A stretch of 64,000 nucleotides of DNA from Bacteroidales bacterium (GTDB lineage: Bacteria > Bacteroidota > Bacteroidia > Bacteroidales > CAIWKO01). This document shows positions 50,630-59,130 of this stretch, piece by piece (position 1 is the first letter of the stretch; each line of letters starts with the position of its first letter). The notes under the pieces were generated by a model that did not search any database, had not been told where the DNA came from, and saw nothing but the letters and a program-made list of their open reading frames with translations. The stretch covers positions 1 to 64,000 of the forward strand of contig DAOORA010000018.1 in the NCBI GenBank assembly GCA_035389045.1, in the 5' to 3' direction. The translations under genes were made by a program, and so were the position numbers.

Positions 50630-51514
50630 TTAGATGTTCGAATTATTCATATATTTCTTAAGCTTTTCCAAAGCACGAAATTTAATTTGCCTGATATTTT
50701 CCGGTGTTTTTTCCAGATCATCAGCAATTTCTTTCAATTCAAATCCATGATAATAAAAACGAACCAAAATCTCATATTCAATTTTATCTAAGATACTCAA
50801 AAAAGAAGAAACAAAATCCGTATTATCTTTATTGATTACATAATTATCTGTTGACAAAAAATCATATCCGTCATAAGATTCGGTACGTTCAAATCTATTT
50901 TGTCGTCTCGATATTTCAGTAAAATATTCTTTGATTTTTAAGTCAGCAATACAATACACATAGGATTTGAGGGCTTTTGAGTTTTCAAATTCAAGGTTAT
51001 TATCTTGCATTTTATCTGAAAAAGTTGTCAGTGTACTTGTGCAAATTTCATTTGAATCTTCAGCAGGCATCTTTTGTTTCATATAAATCTTAATGATCAG
51101 TAACCTGCTCATTCTTTCATGAAAAATAAACCAAACTGAATTAATCTTTCTTTTTAAGGCAACAAAAAAAGATTTAAATCCATTATTCATGTTCTCAATA
51201 AAAATTTCATGAATAAAAATTTTTAATGCAGATATATTATCAAATGATGGTCTTTTTTCCAGATATACGGACTTAATATTATTAATTATCAGTATATAAA
51301 TGTTCTCAACTGATGAGTACGGTTTATCATTTTCTGCTGTCCACATAACCTCAATATTTTCCTCATTACACCAACGCTTGAAATACAATTTAGCATTCAA
51401 ATGCAACCACCTCCATGCAGATATATCATCATGAATAAGCTTTAGATTAAACTCCTCCATGTTTAATGGAGCATTTGCTAATTCGTCTTTCTGCATAATA
51501 ATGACATAAACCAA
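50630..51514 (-). CDS. Atypical, long ECF-like sigma-70 factor (true start may be ATG 51496 or 51460)
   Basis: C-terminal region 4 LDKIEYEILVRFYYHGFELKEIADDLEKTPENIRQIKFRALEKLK; sigma2-like ALKSYVYCIA; adjacent to a ZAS anti-sigma. Confidence 0.75.
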   Translation of the reverse strand: MVYVIIMQKDELANAPLNMEEFNLKLIHDDISAWRWLHLNAKLYFKRWCNEENIEVMWTAENDKPYSSVENIYILIINNIKSVYLEKRPSFDNISALKIFIHEIFIENMNNGFKSFFVALKRKINSVWFIFHERMSRLLIIKIYMKQKMPAEDSNEICTSTLTTFSDKMQDNNLEFENSKALKSYVYCIADLKIKEYFTEISRRQNRFERTESYDGYDFLSTDNYVINKDNTDFVSSFLSILDKIEYEILVRFYYHGFELKEIADDLEKTPENIRQIKFRALEKLKKYMNNSNI

Positions 51515-51530
51515 TAGATGTGTTACAAAA
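51500..51530 (-). promoter_or_regulatory. Candidate autoregulatory ECF promoter TTTTGTAACAC-N16-CATT
   Basis: Same motif and spacing as 42477-42507; directly upstream of the sigma gene. Confidence 0.6.
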
Positions 51531-51577
51531 TAACAAAAAAAAAATAACTTTGTATGTAATTTTTTATTTTATATAAA

Positions 51578-51931
51578 ATGAATATTGAAGAACTCAGGGA
51601 ATATTGTTTGTCTAAAAAAGGCGTTACGGAAAGTTTCCCTTTTGATAAAACCACATTGGTTTTTAAAGTGCTTGGAAAAATATTTTTGCTGACAGATATT
51701 GAGACAGATTTCAGTATGAATGTCAAATGTGATCCGGGACTTGCCGTGGAACTTCGTGAAAGATATCCCTGCGTGGAACCCGGTTATCACATGAATAAAA
51801 CCTGCTGGAACACCGTGTATATTGACGGCAGTATTTCCGACAGGCAACTGTTTGAGTGGGTGGATCATTCTTATGATGAAGTGGTAAAGAAAATGCCGAA
51901 AAAACAAAAAGAATCATTGGATCAGATGTAA
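51578..51931 (+). CDS. MmcQ/YjbR-family DNA-binding protein
   Basis: ESFPFD..LVFKV.GKIF, NVKCDP, PGYHMNK..WN; -7 box TAACTTTG at 51545-51552. Confidence 0.92.
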   Translation: MNIEELREYCLSKKGVTESFPFDKTTLVFKVLGKIFLLTDIETDFSMNVKCDPGLAVELRERYPCVEPGYHMNKTCWNTVYIDGSISDRQLFEWVDHSYDEVVKKMPKKQKESLDQM

Positions 51932-51934
51932 TGC

Positions 51935-52432
51935 ATGAAAAAATTATTTTTGACCGGATTATGCTTGTTTTGCCTGAGCCTTGTTTTTGCACAGAAAGTG
52001 CTGATACTTGAAAATTTAAGCATTGGAAAGTCGTTTAAATTTTTTACCGGCGATGACATTGGCATCAGAGTAAATGACACTACACCCAAAGTGTCGGGAA
52101 AGATCACGGAAATTCTTGATTCTTCAATAATTATCGCAAACCGGGATGCTTTTGATCTGAAAGAGATCGCTGTTGTTTATAAACAAAGACGCGGGATTCA
52201 AATTGTTTCTTCTTCGTTAATGGCTTTCGGAACACTGTATTTGGGTGTGGATGCCGTGAACAATGTAATCCACGGCGGCCATCCTGTAATCAATGCGGAT
52301 GTGGCTGTAATATCAGCAGCCATAGTAGCAGCCGGAGGCGTTTTGCAACTTTTTTCAAAACGAAAATGCAAAATCAGTAAGGAGAAATGGCATTTAAAAA
52401 TTATCGACCAGGTTCGCGTTAAATCACCGTGA
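51935..52432 (+). CDS. Exported/membrane hypothetical protein
   Basis: Signal peptide VFA-Q; two C-terminal hydrophobic segments. Confidence 0.65.
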   Translation: MKKLFLTGLCLFCLSLVFAQKVLILENLSIGKSFKFFTGDDIGIRVNDTTPKVSGKITEILDSSIIIANRDAFDLKEIAVVYKQRRGIQIVSSSLMAFGTLYLGVDAVNNVIHGGHPVINADVAVISAAIVAAGGVLQLFSKRKCKISKEKWHLKIIDQVRVKSP

Positions 52433-53231
52433 TCAGCCCTTTGATGATGGTTGTCATTTTAGGTTCAGCGTTATTGGCGGCCTGTATCACTTCTTCATGC
52501 GAAACTTCTACTATTTTACCTTCCACACCGAGATCGGTGATGATGGAAACTGCAAACACCGGCAACCCCATGTGGTGTGCTACGATGACTTCCGGCACTG
52601 TAGACATTCCCACGCAATCGGCGCCTACCGTCCTGACATATTTGTATTCCGAAGGCGTTTCAAAACAGGGTCCGGTCACCGCTGCATACACACCCCGGAC
52701 ACAGCGAATGCCGTTGTTTTCCGCAATCATCAGCGCTTTTTTTATCAGTTCTTTATCATAGGCGTCGTGCATGTCCGGAAAACGGGGGCCTATCTCATCA
52801 TCATTTTTCCCTATCAGCGGATTGGTTCCCATAAGGTTGATATGATCGGTGATAATCATGATGTCGCCAACTTCAAACGAAGGATTAACTCCGCCGCTGG
52901 CATTGGAGAGTATCAGGGTTTTTATACCGAGGTATTTTAACACACGCACCGGAAAAGCAACCTCCTGCATCGTATAACCTTCATAATAATGAAAACGTCC
53001 CTGCATGGCAACGACATTTACATCATTAAGGGTCCCGAATACAAGCTGCCCTTTATGCCCTACCACGGTGGAAACAGGGAAATTAGGTATTTCAGAATAG
53101 GGAATGGTGGTATGCACCTTGATTTCATTGGCCAGATTTCCGAGACCTGTCCCGAGAATAATACCTGTCTGTGGTTCGAAGGATGTTTTGCTTCTGATAA
53201 AAGCAACGGTTTCTTTAATTTTTGTCAACAT
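52419..53231 (-). CDS. punA: Purine-nucleoside phosphorylase (trimeric type)
   Basis: GIILGTGLG, MQGRFHYYEG, GPCFETPSE, VGMSTVPEV. Confidence 0.93.
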   Translation of the reverse strand: MLTKIKETVAFIRSKTSFEPQTGIILGTGLGNLANEIKVHTTIPYSEIPNFPVSTVVGHKGQLVFGTLNDVNVVAMQGRFHYYEGYTMQEVAFPVRVLKYLGIKTLILSNASGGVNPSFEVGDIMIITDHINLMGTNPLIGKNDDEIGPRFPDMHDAYDKELIKKALMIAENNGIRCVRGVYAAVTGPCFETPSEYKYVRTVGADCVGMSTVPEVIVAHHMGLPVFAVSIITDLGVEGKIVEVSHEEVIQAANNAEPKMTTIIKGLITVI

Positions 53232-54279
53232 AGTTTATAATTTTTTGTTCGAAAATTCTTTTGTCTGGTTCTGAGAATACCATTTCAACCGGAATATAAT
53301 ACAACGGGAAACCGGACAACTCATTTAAAATATTTTTGTTTACTAATCTTGAGAAATCTTTTTCGGTTGTTACTATCACTTTTTTTGCAGAGGCAATATT
53401 ACGAAATTTTTGAGAAATATTTTCAATATCTTTTTGAGAATAGGTATGATGGTCGCCGAAATGCATGGTGTGCGTTTTTTTACATTTTCCGGACAAATAT
53501 GTTATAAGTGGCTTGGGGTTAGCAATGCCTGTAAATAATAACAGTTCGTATTCGCAGCATGAGGAAAAATCCCATGAAGGTGAATGTTCAAAGAAGGGTA
53601 CTGGTTCTTTATATTGAACCGTTGAAAATAAAACACATTGGTGTGATTTTGGATGTATCGCACTGATGATGTCCTTTTTTTCGGAAACGGAAATAGTTTC
53701 AGGAGATTTTGTAATAATGATGATGTCGGCGCGCCTGGCGCCGCATTTGAATTCGCGTAAACGGCCTGATGGTAAAATACAGTCCTGCAAATATAAATTA
53801 TTGTAATCCGTAAGCAAAATGCTAAGCCCGGGTTTTACCCGCCTGTGCTGAAATGCATCATCAAGCAGCACCACTTCGGGCACCGGTTTTTCCTCAAGTA
53901 ATGTTTTTATTCCTTTAACCCTGTCTTCACAGACAGAGACTGTAATGTTATTAAACTTTTGAAAAAACTGCAGCGGCTCGTCGCCGATAACTGATGCGTT
54001 TGAGTTGTTGTCGGCAATTATGAAGCCTTTTGTTTTACGGCCATAACCGCGGCTTAATGTCGAAATCCTTAAGTTTTGCCTTTGCAACAAACGGATAAGA
54101 TACTCAATGGCCGGCGATTTTCCTGTGCCTCCCGTGTTCAGGTTGCCAACGCTGATAATCGGAATGTCAAAGGATACAGAACGGAATACGCCCCAGTCAT
54201 AACATTTATTTCTTACAAATGTGATCAAGCCGTATAACACAGAAAAAGGCAGAAGCAATATTTTAAAAAACTGTTTCAT
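53215..54279 (-). CDS. lpxK: Tetraacyldisaccharide 4'-kinase
   Basis: SVGNLNTGGTGKSP, LSRGYGR, LDDAFQH, PSGRLRE, TTEKD. Confidence 0.95.
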   Translation of the reverse strand: MKQFFKILLLPFSVLYGLITFVRNKCYDWGVFRSVSFDIPIISVGNLNTGGTGKSPAIEYLIRLLQRQNLRISTLSRGYGRKTKGFIIADNNSNASVIGDEPLQFFQKFNNITVSVCEDRVKGIKTLLEEKPVPEVVLLDDAFQHRRVKPGLSILLTDYNNLYLQDCILPSGRLREFKCGARRADIIIITKSPETISVSEKKDIISAIHPKSHQCVLFSTVQYKEPVPFFEHSPSWDFSSCCEYELLLFTGIANPKPLITYLSGKCKKTHTMHFGDHHTYSQKDIENISQKFRNIASAKKVIVTTEKDFSRLVNKNILNELSGFPLYYIPVEMVFSEPDKRIFEQKIINYVDKN

Positions 54280-54532
54280 TGCGTTTGGGCTTCCCCGTTT
54301 TTGTCATGTCTTCATTTCTGTTGCATCGATATTTAACAGAGTATTGTATTGGCCGGGTTCCGGCTTTCTCAATGAATATGCTTCTGCTAATTCCACAAAC
54401 AACAGGTTTCTCCAATCGGACATGATGCTGATAACTTTGCAAAAATACTAAAACATACTGAAAAACTGATGAATGTGGTTAGAAGCTCCTGTGGAGCGCC
54501 CATAGCGAGTGGTTTTGATTGTCCTGACAGTA

Positions 54533-54766
54533 CCCGCTGTGGCGGAATTCAGCTTAGTTATTGACTTTCTTTTCTTTTCCTCCTGTCCTAAAGCCTGCCG
54601 GCCGTCAGGCAGGGATGGAAAAGAAAGTCAAAATCATTTCTTCCAATAATGAAAAAAGGATGTAAACCACGCAAATCAATGATTTCCTTTAGTACCAGGG
54701 AAAAGACGAAAGATCCTGTTTTACATCCATTTTTAGCGGTGTCTTCGACTTCGCTCAGACACCGCT
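54533..54766. repeat. Cluster of REP-like palindromes in the lpxK-mraZ intergenic region
   Basis: CCGC-tgtg-GCGG; 14-bp IR TTGACTTTCTTTTC (54561-54574) / GAAAAGAAAGTCAA (54618-54631); 10-bp stem AGCGGTGTCT-tcgacttcgctc-AGACACCGCT (54735-54766). Confidence 0.6.
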
Positions 54767-54914
54767 TTTGTTTAAATACCACAAAAATTGCCCAAAATCC
54801 ATGTAAAAAAGCAGGCATGCAAAAAAAGTTTTCAACAATTTATTTTTTTAAAGTGCTGATTATCAATATCTAAAATATTTACAAAACCACTATATGTAAT
54901 GTTTTTAACATTCC

Positions 54915-54950
54915 AGTGTTGAAAAGTGTCAATAAGTGGATATTTGTGTT
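54915..54950 (+). promoter_or_regulatory. Putative MraZ operator: four GTG(T/G) boxes with 10-bp period
   Basis: GTG at 54916, 54926, 54936 and 54946, directly upstream of mraZ. Confidence 0.7.
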
Positions 54951-54979
54951 TATCTTTACCAAAAATTTTTTGGAAAAAA

Positions 54980-55453
54980 ATGAAAGGATATATTGGCGAA
55001 TATTATTGCAAACTGGACAGTAAAAACAGGTTCCTGTTTCCTATGGGCCTGAAGAAACAGCTGCCTGCTGCAGAAGAATATCGCTTCGTAATTAACAGAG
55101 GGTTTGAACAGTGTATCTCTTTGTCTTTATACGAATCCTGGCAAAAAACCATCAACGACTTTGAGGCTTTAAGTACCTATGACGAAGACGAAAGGCTTTT
55201 TTTAAGGTATTTTCACCGTGGCGCCACCGAAGTGACGCTTGACGGGACCAACAGGCTGCTTATTCCGAAAAGCCTGCTGACTTATGCTGAAATTGATAAA
55301 GATATAGTGATATCTGCTTATTTTGACAAGATAGAGATATGGAATAAGGATAAATACGAATCGGTTCTTGATAATATGCCGAAATCATACTCTGCACTGG
55401 CACAGCTGGCAATGGGTAAAAAAGACCGGAAGAATCAGGATGATTTATCATAG
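54980..55453 (+). CDS. mraZ: Division/cell-wall cluster repressor MraZ
   Basis: GEYYCKLDSKNRFLFP, LDGTNRLLIP, KIEIW. Start at ATG 54980. Confidence 0.93.
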   Translation: MKGYIGEYYCKLDSKNRFLFPMGLKKQLPAAEEYRFVINRGFEQCISLSLYESWQKTINDFEALSTYDEDERLFLRYFHRGATEVTLDGTNRLLIPKSLLTYAEIDKDIVISAYFDKIEIWNKDKYESVLDNMPKSYSALAQLAMGKKDRKNQDDLS

Positions 55454-56339
55454 ACCGGCATTATTGAAAGAATCTGTGGATGGGTTGAATATCAGGCCGG
55501 ATGGAATTTATGTGGATGCAACCTACGGCGGTGGCGGACATTCGGAAGAAATTCTGAAAAGATTGAAAGGCGGGCGCCTGATTGCTTTTGATCAGGATGA
55601 AGATGTAAGGGCGAACATAACGGACGATAAACGTCTCTTGCTTTTGAACAACAATTTTCGTTATTTGAAAAATTTTTTGAAATATCATCAGGCGCTGCCT
55701 GTTGACGGCATCATTGCCGACCTGGGCGTGTCATCACACCAGTTTGATGTCGCGGAAAGAGGTTTTTCAACGCGTTATGATGCGGCCCTGGACATGAGAA
55801 TGAACAGAAACCAGAAACCGACGGCTGCACAAATTCTGAATGACTACTCCCGGCAACAGCTTTCTGATGTTTTCAGGCAGTACGGAGAACTGTCCAACAG
55901 TAGTTTACTGGCAGACAAAATTATTGGGTACCGGAAGTCGAAGAAAATTATCTCAGGCAGCGACCTGAAAGAGGCCATAGCGGGGCTGATCGACAGGAGA
56001 AACGAAGATAAGTTCCTTGCTAAAGTATTTCAGGCGCTCAGGATAGAAACCAATGATGAACTGGGTGCATTGAAAGATTTCCTGGTACAAAGCCTGATGG
56101 TATTGAAAAAATCAGGACGGCTGGTCGTGATTTCTTATCATTCACTGGAAGACAGGATGGTGAAAAATTTTATGCGGGCAGGAAACTTTGAAGGCATTCC
56201 GGAAAAAGATTTTTTCGGAAACACAAATGTCCCGTTTGAACTTATAACCCGCAAGCCGGTTACTCCTGATGATAAAGAAATTAGTGAAAACAGCAGGGTT
56301 CGGAGCGCCAAAATGAGAATTGCAGAAAAAAAACAGTAA
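55440..56339 (+). CDS. rsmH: 16S rRNA m4C1402 methyltransferase
   Basis: YVDATYGGGGHS, DLGVSSHQFD, ISYHSLEDR, RSAKMR. Start at ATG 55440. Confidence 0.96.
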   Translation: MIYHRPALLKESVDGLNIRPDGIYVDATYGGGGHSEEILKRLKGGRLIAFDQDEDVRANITDDKRLLLLNNNFRYLKNFLKYHQALPVDGIIADLGVSSHQFDVAERGFSTRYDAALDMRMNRNQKPTAAQILNDYSRQQLSDVFRQYGELSNSSLLADKIIGYRKSKKIISGSDLKEAIAGLIDRRNEDKFLAKVFQALRIETNDELGALKDFLVQSLMVLKKSGRLVVISYHSLEDRMVKNFMRAGNFEGIPEKDFFGNTNVPFELITRKPVTPDDKEISENSRVRSAKMRIAEKKQ

Positions 56340-56773
56340 TGGCAACCAACGAATTCAAAAAGGAAGAAATACAGGAACAAGAACCTGTTAAGAAGAAAAA
56401 GAAAGTAAGCAAGGGGACAAAGTCCGGCCCTGGTGCTATTTTAAGAAGTATTCTTAACGGAGAAATTTTTACACACAAAGCCGTGGTCAAACTTTTGCCT
56501 TTTGGCTTGTTCCTCTGCTTTCTGGCCACATTGTATATAGCAAACTCGTATAACTATGAGAAAAACATAAGGAAAACAGAAGAAATACGCAATCAGCTGA
56601 TTGAACTTGAATATGAATTTATAACGGTAAAGTCGGATCTTATGCACATAAGCCAGCAGACCGAAATCGCTCACCGGCTCGACAGCATGGGGACAGGAAT
56701 AAAAGAACCGGTTGTCCCTCCGTTTAAAATTGTTGATCAGAATAATTTAAAAAAGGAAACAAAAAATGAATGA
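56339..56773 (+). CDS. ftsL: FtsL-like cell division protein
   Basis: Between rsmH and ftsI; one TM segment, then YIANS and a coiled coil. Confidence 0.8.
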   Translation: MATNEFKKEEIQEQEPVKKKKKVSKGTKSGPGAILRSILNGEIFTHKAVVKLLPFGLFLCFLATLYIANSYNYEKNIRKTEEIRNQLIELEYEFITVKSDLMHISQQTEIAHRLDSMGTGIKEPVVPPFKIVDQNNLKKETKNE

Positions 56774-59123
56774 CAACAGAAAATCCATATTGATCCGGGC
56801 ATATGCCATTTATTTTCTGGTTTGGGTTTTCGCTATTGTGTTAATAGTACGGATCTTTTCGTTACAGTTTGTACAGGATGATAAATGGAAAAAACAGGCA
56901 TCTGCCATATTAACAAGAGAACTGGTAATAGAACCGGTCCGCGGCAAAATATATGCAGATGGAGGACAACTGTTGTCCACATCCATACCGATTTTTCAGG
57001 TTAATCTGAATCTTGACACCAACGCAATACACGATAGCACCTTTGAAAGGCATGTGGATTCCCTGGGTATTTGCCTGAGCTTGTTCTTTGATAAAACACC
57101 CAATAATAAATATAAGTACATCAGTGCACTGAAGACAGCCCGCAGCAAGAACAACAAAAACTTCCTGCTGGTGAAAAAAGCAACCTATACCGAGCTTAAG
57201 GAAATAAAGAAGTTCCCGATTTTGAGGAAGGGAAAATACGGTGGGCTGGTCGTCACAAAAAAAGAAAGAAGGGTCAGGCCGGTGAGAAATATGGCTTCCA
57301 TGACCATAGGTTATGAGCGGCTTGCAGAGTATAAAGTGACGATTCATCTTAAGGCCGGAAAATTTTCAGAGCAGAAATTTTACCAGAATCTCGATACGCT
57401 GAGCGAATGTTTTTATATCACATTCGGTGATTACAATAAAGAATTTTACAAGAAAAAGATTGAAAATGCATACAACGCTACCGGTTCCGATGCCCGGCTC
57501 ATTAAACAAATGAATGTTCTGCAATTAGCGGAACTTAAAAGATTTCCTTTAATAGCCGAAGATACAAACCGTATTTTAAAAATTGACACACTTTCCAAAT
57601 CATATTTTGTCGGACTTGAAGGACATTACCGCCAGATACTCCGCGGCGTTAAGGGGGTTATTAAACTCAAAAGAGTGGGTAGCAACAGTTGGAAACAGAT
57701 AAGCGAAGGGGATGTGGTAAAACCCATAAACGGACTCGATATCCATACGGCCATTGACGTTAACTTACAGGACGTGGCACAGAATGCACTGAAAAAGAGC
57801 CTTGATACCACGCATGCCGACTGGGGGTGTGTAATTCTGATGGAAGTGCAGACCGGATATATCAAAGCCATTGCCAACTTAACAAAGGACAAAGACGGCA
57901 GTTACAAGGAAATGCGCAACTACGCCGTCGAAGAACGTTATGAACCCGGTTCAACGATAAAACTTGCTTCCGTGATCGCCGTTCTGGAAGATGGTAGTTT
58001 TGATACCAGTCAAATTGTAAATTCCGGATCTTACAAATACAAGGATTACGGAAGGCCCGTGGTTGACAGTCATAAGGAGGGTTATGGAATGATATCGGTT
58101 GCCAAGGCTTTCGAAAAATCATCCAATGTGGGTATAACTCAAATCACCAGAATGGCTTTTCTGAGCAAGGAAAAAATCAGGATTTATGAAAAGTTTATCC
58201 GGCAAATGGGGTTGAAACAACTTACAAAAGTTGATCTCGATAATGAACCGGAGCCTTATTTCCCGATAAAACTGGAAGACCTGACCGCTGCTGCCTTCGG
58301 ATATTCAATAAAACTGACGCCATTGCAGGTGCTGGGATTATACAATGCCGTGGCCAATAACGGTAAATATATGCAGCCCAAACTGGTTAAGGAAATAAGT
58401 AAAGACGGAATTGTGGTATATCAAAACAGCCCGGAAGTACTAATCAGCAGGATTTGTTCTGAAACGACACTGAAAAAAGTACAAAACCTGCTCGAAGGAG
58501 TGGTCACCAGGGGAACGGCAACAAACCTCAGCAAGGCTCCTTATAAAGTAGCAGGAAAAACAGGTACGGCACGAATATGGGATGAGGCAACCCGCGGATA
58601 TATCGACAGATATATTGCTTCATTCTGCGGTTATTTTCCTGCCGATGATCCTAAGTATTCCTGTATTGTGGTTGAGTATAAGATGCAGGGCAGCGAAGTA
58701 TACGGAAGCCAGGTGGCCGCGCCTGTTTTTAAAGAAATAGCCGATAAGGTCTATGCCACAAGGGTGGATATAAAAACCAAAGAGCTCAATATGCCGGATA
58801 CACTGTCGGCGCCCCTTGTCCTGATGGGTTACCGCCAGGATGTCGAACAGATATATTCCGGGCTGAACATGAGCTTGTTATATAAGGGAAGCGGCGGAGA
58901 TTGGATAAATACGGAACGATCGGATGACTATAAACGAATATATGCTAACGACAAGGTTATTGCCTCAGCCAAAATACCCGATGTAAAAGGTATGACGGCT
59001 AAAGATGCGGTTTTTTTACTTGAAAAAGCAGGACTGAACGTTTTGGTAGAAGGAACCGGAAGAGTTGTCCGGCAAACATTGTCGCCCGGAAAGAATACCG
59101 TGGAATTAAAACTATCACTATAA
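56766..59123 (+). CDS. ftsI: Class B penicillin-binding protein with PASTA domain
   Basis: YEPGSTIK (SxxK), SSN, KTG; C-terminal IPDVKGMTAKDAVFLLE. Confidence 0.92.
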   Translation: MNDNRKSILIRAYAIYFLVWVFAIVLIVRIFSLQFVQDDKWKKQASAILTRELVIEPVRGKIYADGGQLLSTSIPIFQVNLNLDTNAIHDSTFERHVDSLGICLSLFFDKTPNNKYKYISALKTARSKNNKNFLLVKKATYTELKEIKKFPILRKGKYGGLVVTKKERRVRPVRNMASMTIGYERLAEYKVTIHLKAGKFSEQKFYQNLDTLSECFYITFGDYNKEFYKKKIENAYNATGSDARLIKQMNVLQLAELKRFPLIAEDTNRILKIDTLSKSYFVGLEGHYRQILRGVKGVIKLKRVGSNSWKQISEGDVVKPINGLDIHTAIDVNLQDVAQNALKKSLDTTHADWGCVILMEVQTGYIKAIANLTKDKDGSYKEMRNYAVEERYEPGSTIKLASVIAVLEDGSFDTSQIVNSGSYKYKDYGRPVVDSHKEGYGMISVAKAFEKSSNVGITQITRMAFLSKEKIRIYEKFIRQMGLKQLTKVDLDNEPEPYFPIKLEDLTAAAFGYSIKLTPLQVLGLYNAVANNGKYMQPKLVKEISKDGIVVYQNSPEVLISRICSETTLKKVQNLLEGVVTRGTATNLSKAPYKVAGKTGTARIWDEATRGYIDRYIASFCGYFPADDPKYSCIVVEYKMQGSEVYGSQVAAPVFKEIADKVYATRVDIKTKELNMPDTLSAPLVLMGYRQDVEQIYSGLNMSLLYKGSGGDWINTERSDDYKRIYANDKVIASAKIPDVKGMTAKDAVFLLEKAGLNVLVEGTGRVVRQTLSPGKNTVELKLSL

Positions 59124-59130
59124 TGTTATT

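Noticed and set aside
42593..51514. Type III-E CRISPR (Craspase) or gasdermin defence locus
   Set aside because: No CRISPR array, Cas7-11 or gasdermin-like gene seen; the proteases have signal peptides, so they are not cytoplasmic.
32464..51530. Prophage or ICE
   Set aside because: No integrase, tRNA, att-like repeat, phage gene or conjugation gene.
54304..54423. 39-codon minus-strand ORF upstream of lpxK
   Set aside because: No motif or signal peptide; cannot be distinguished from a chance ORF.
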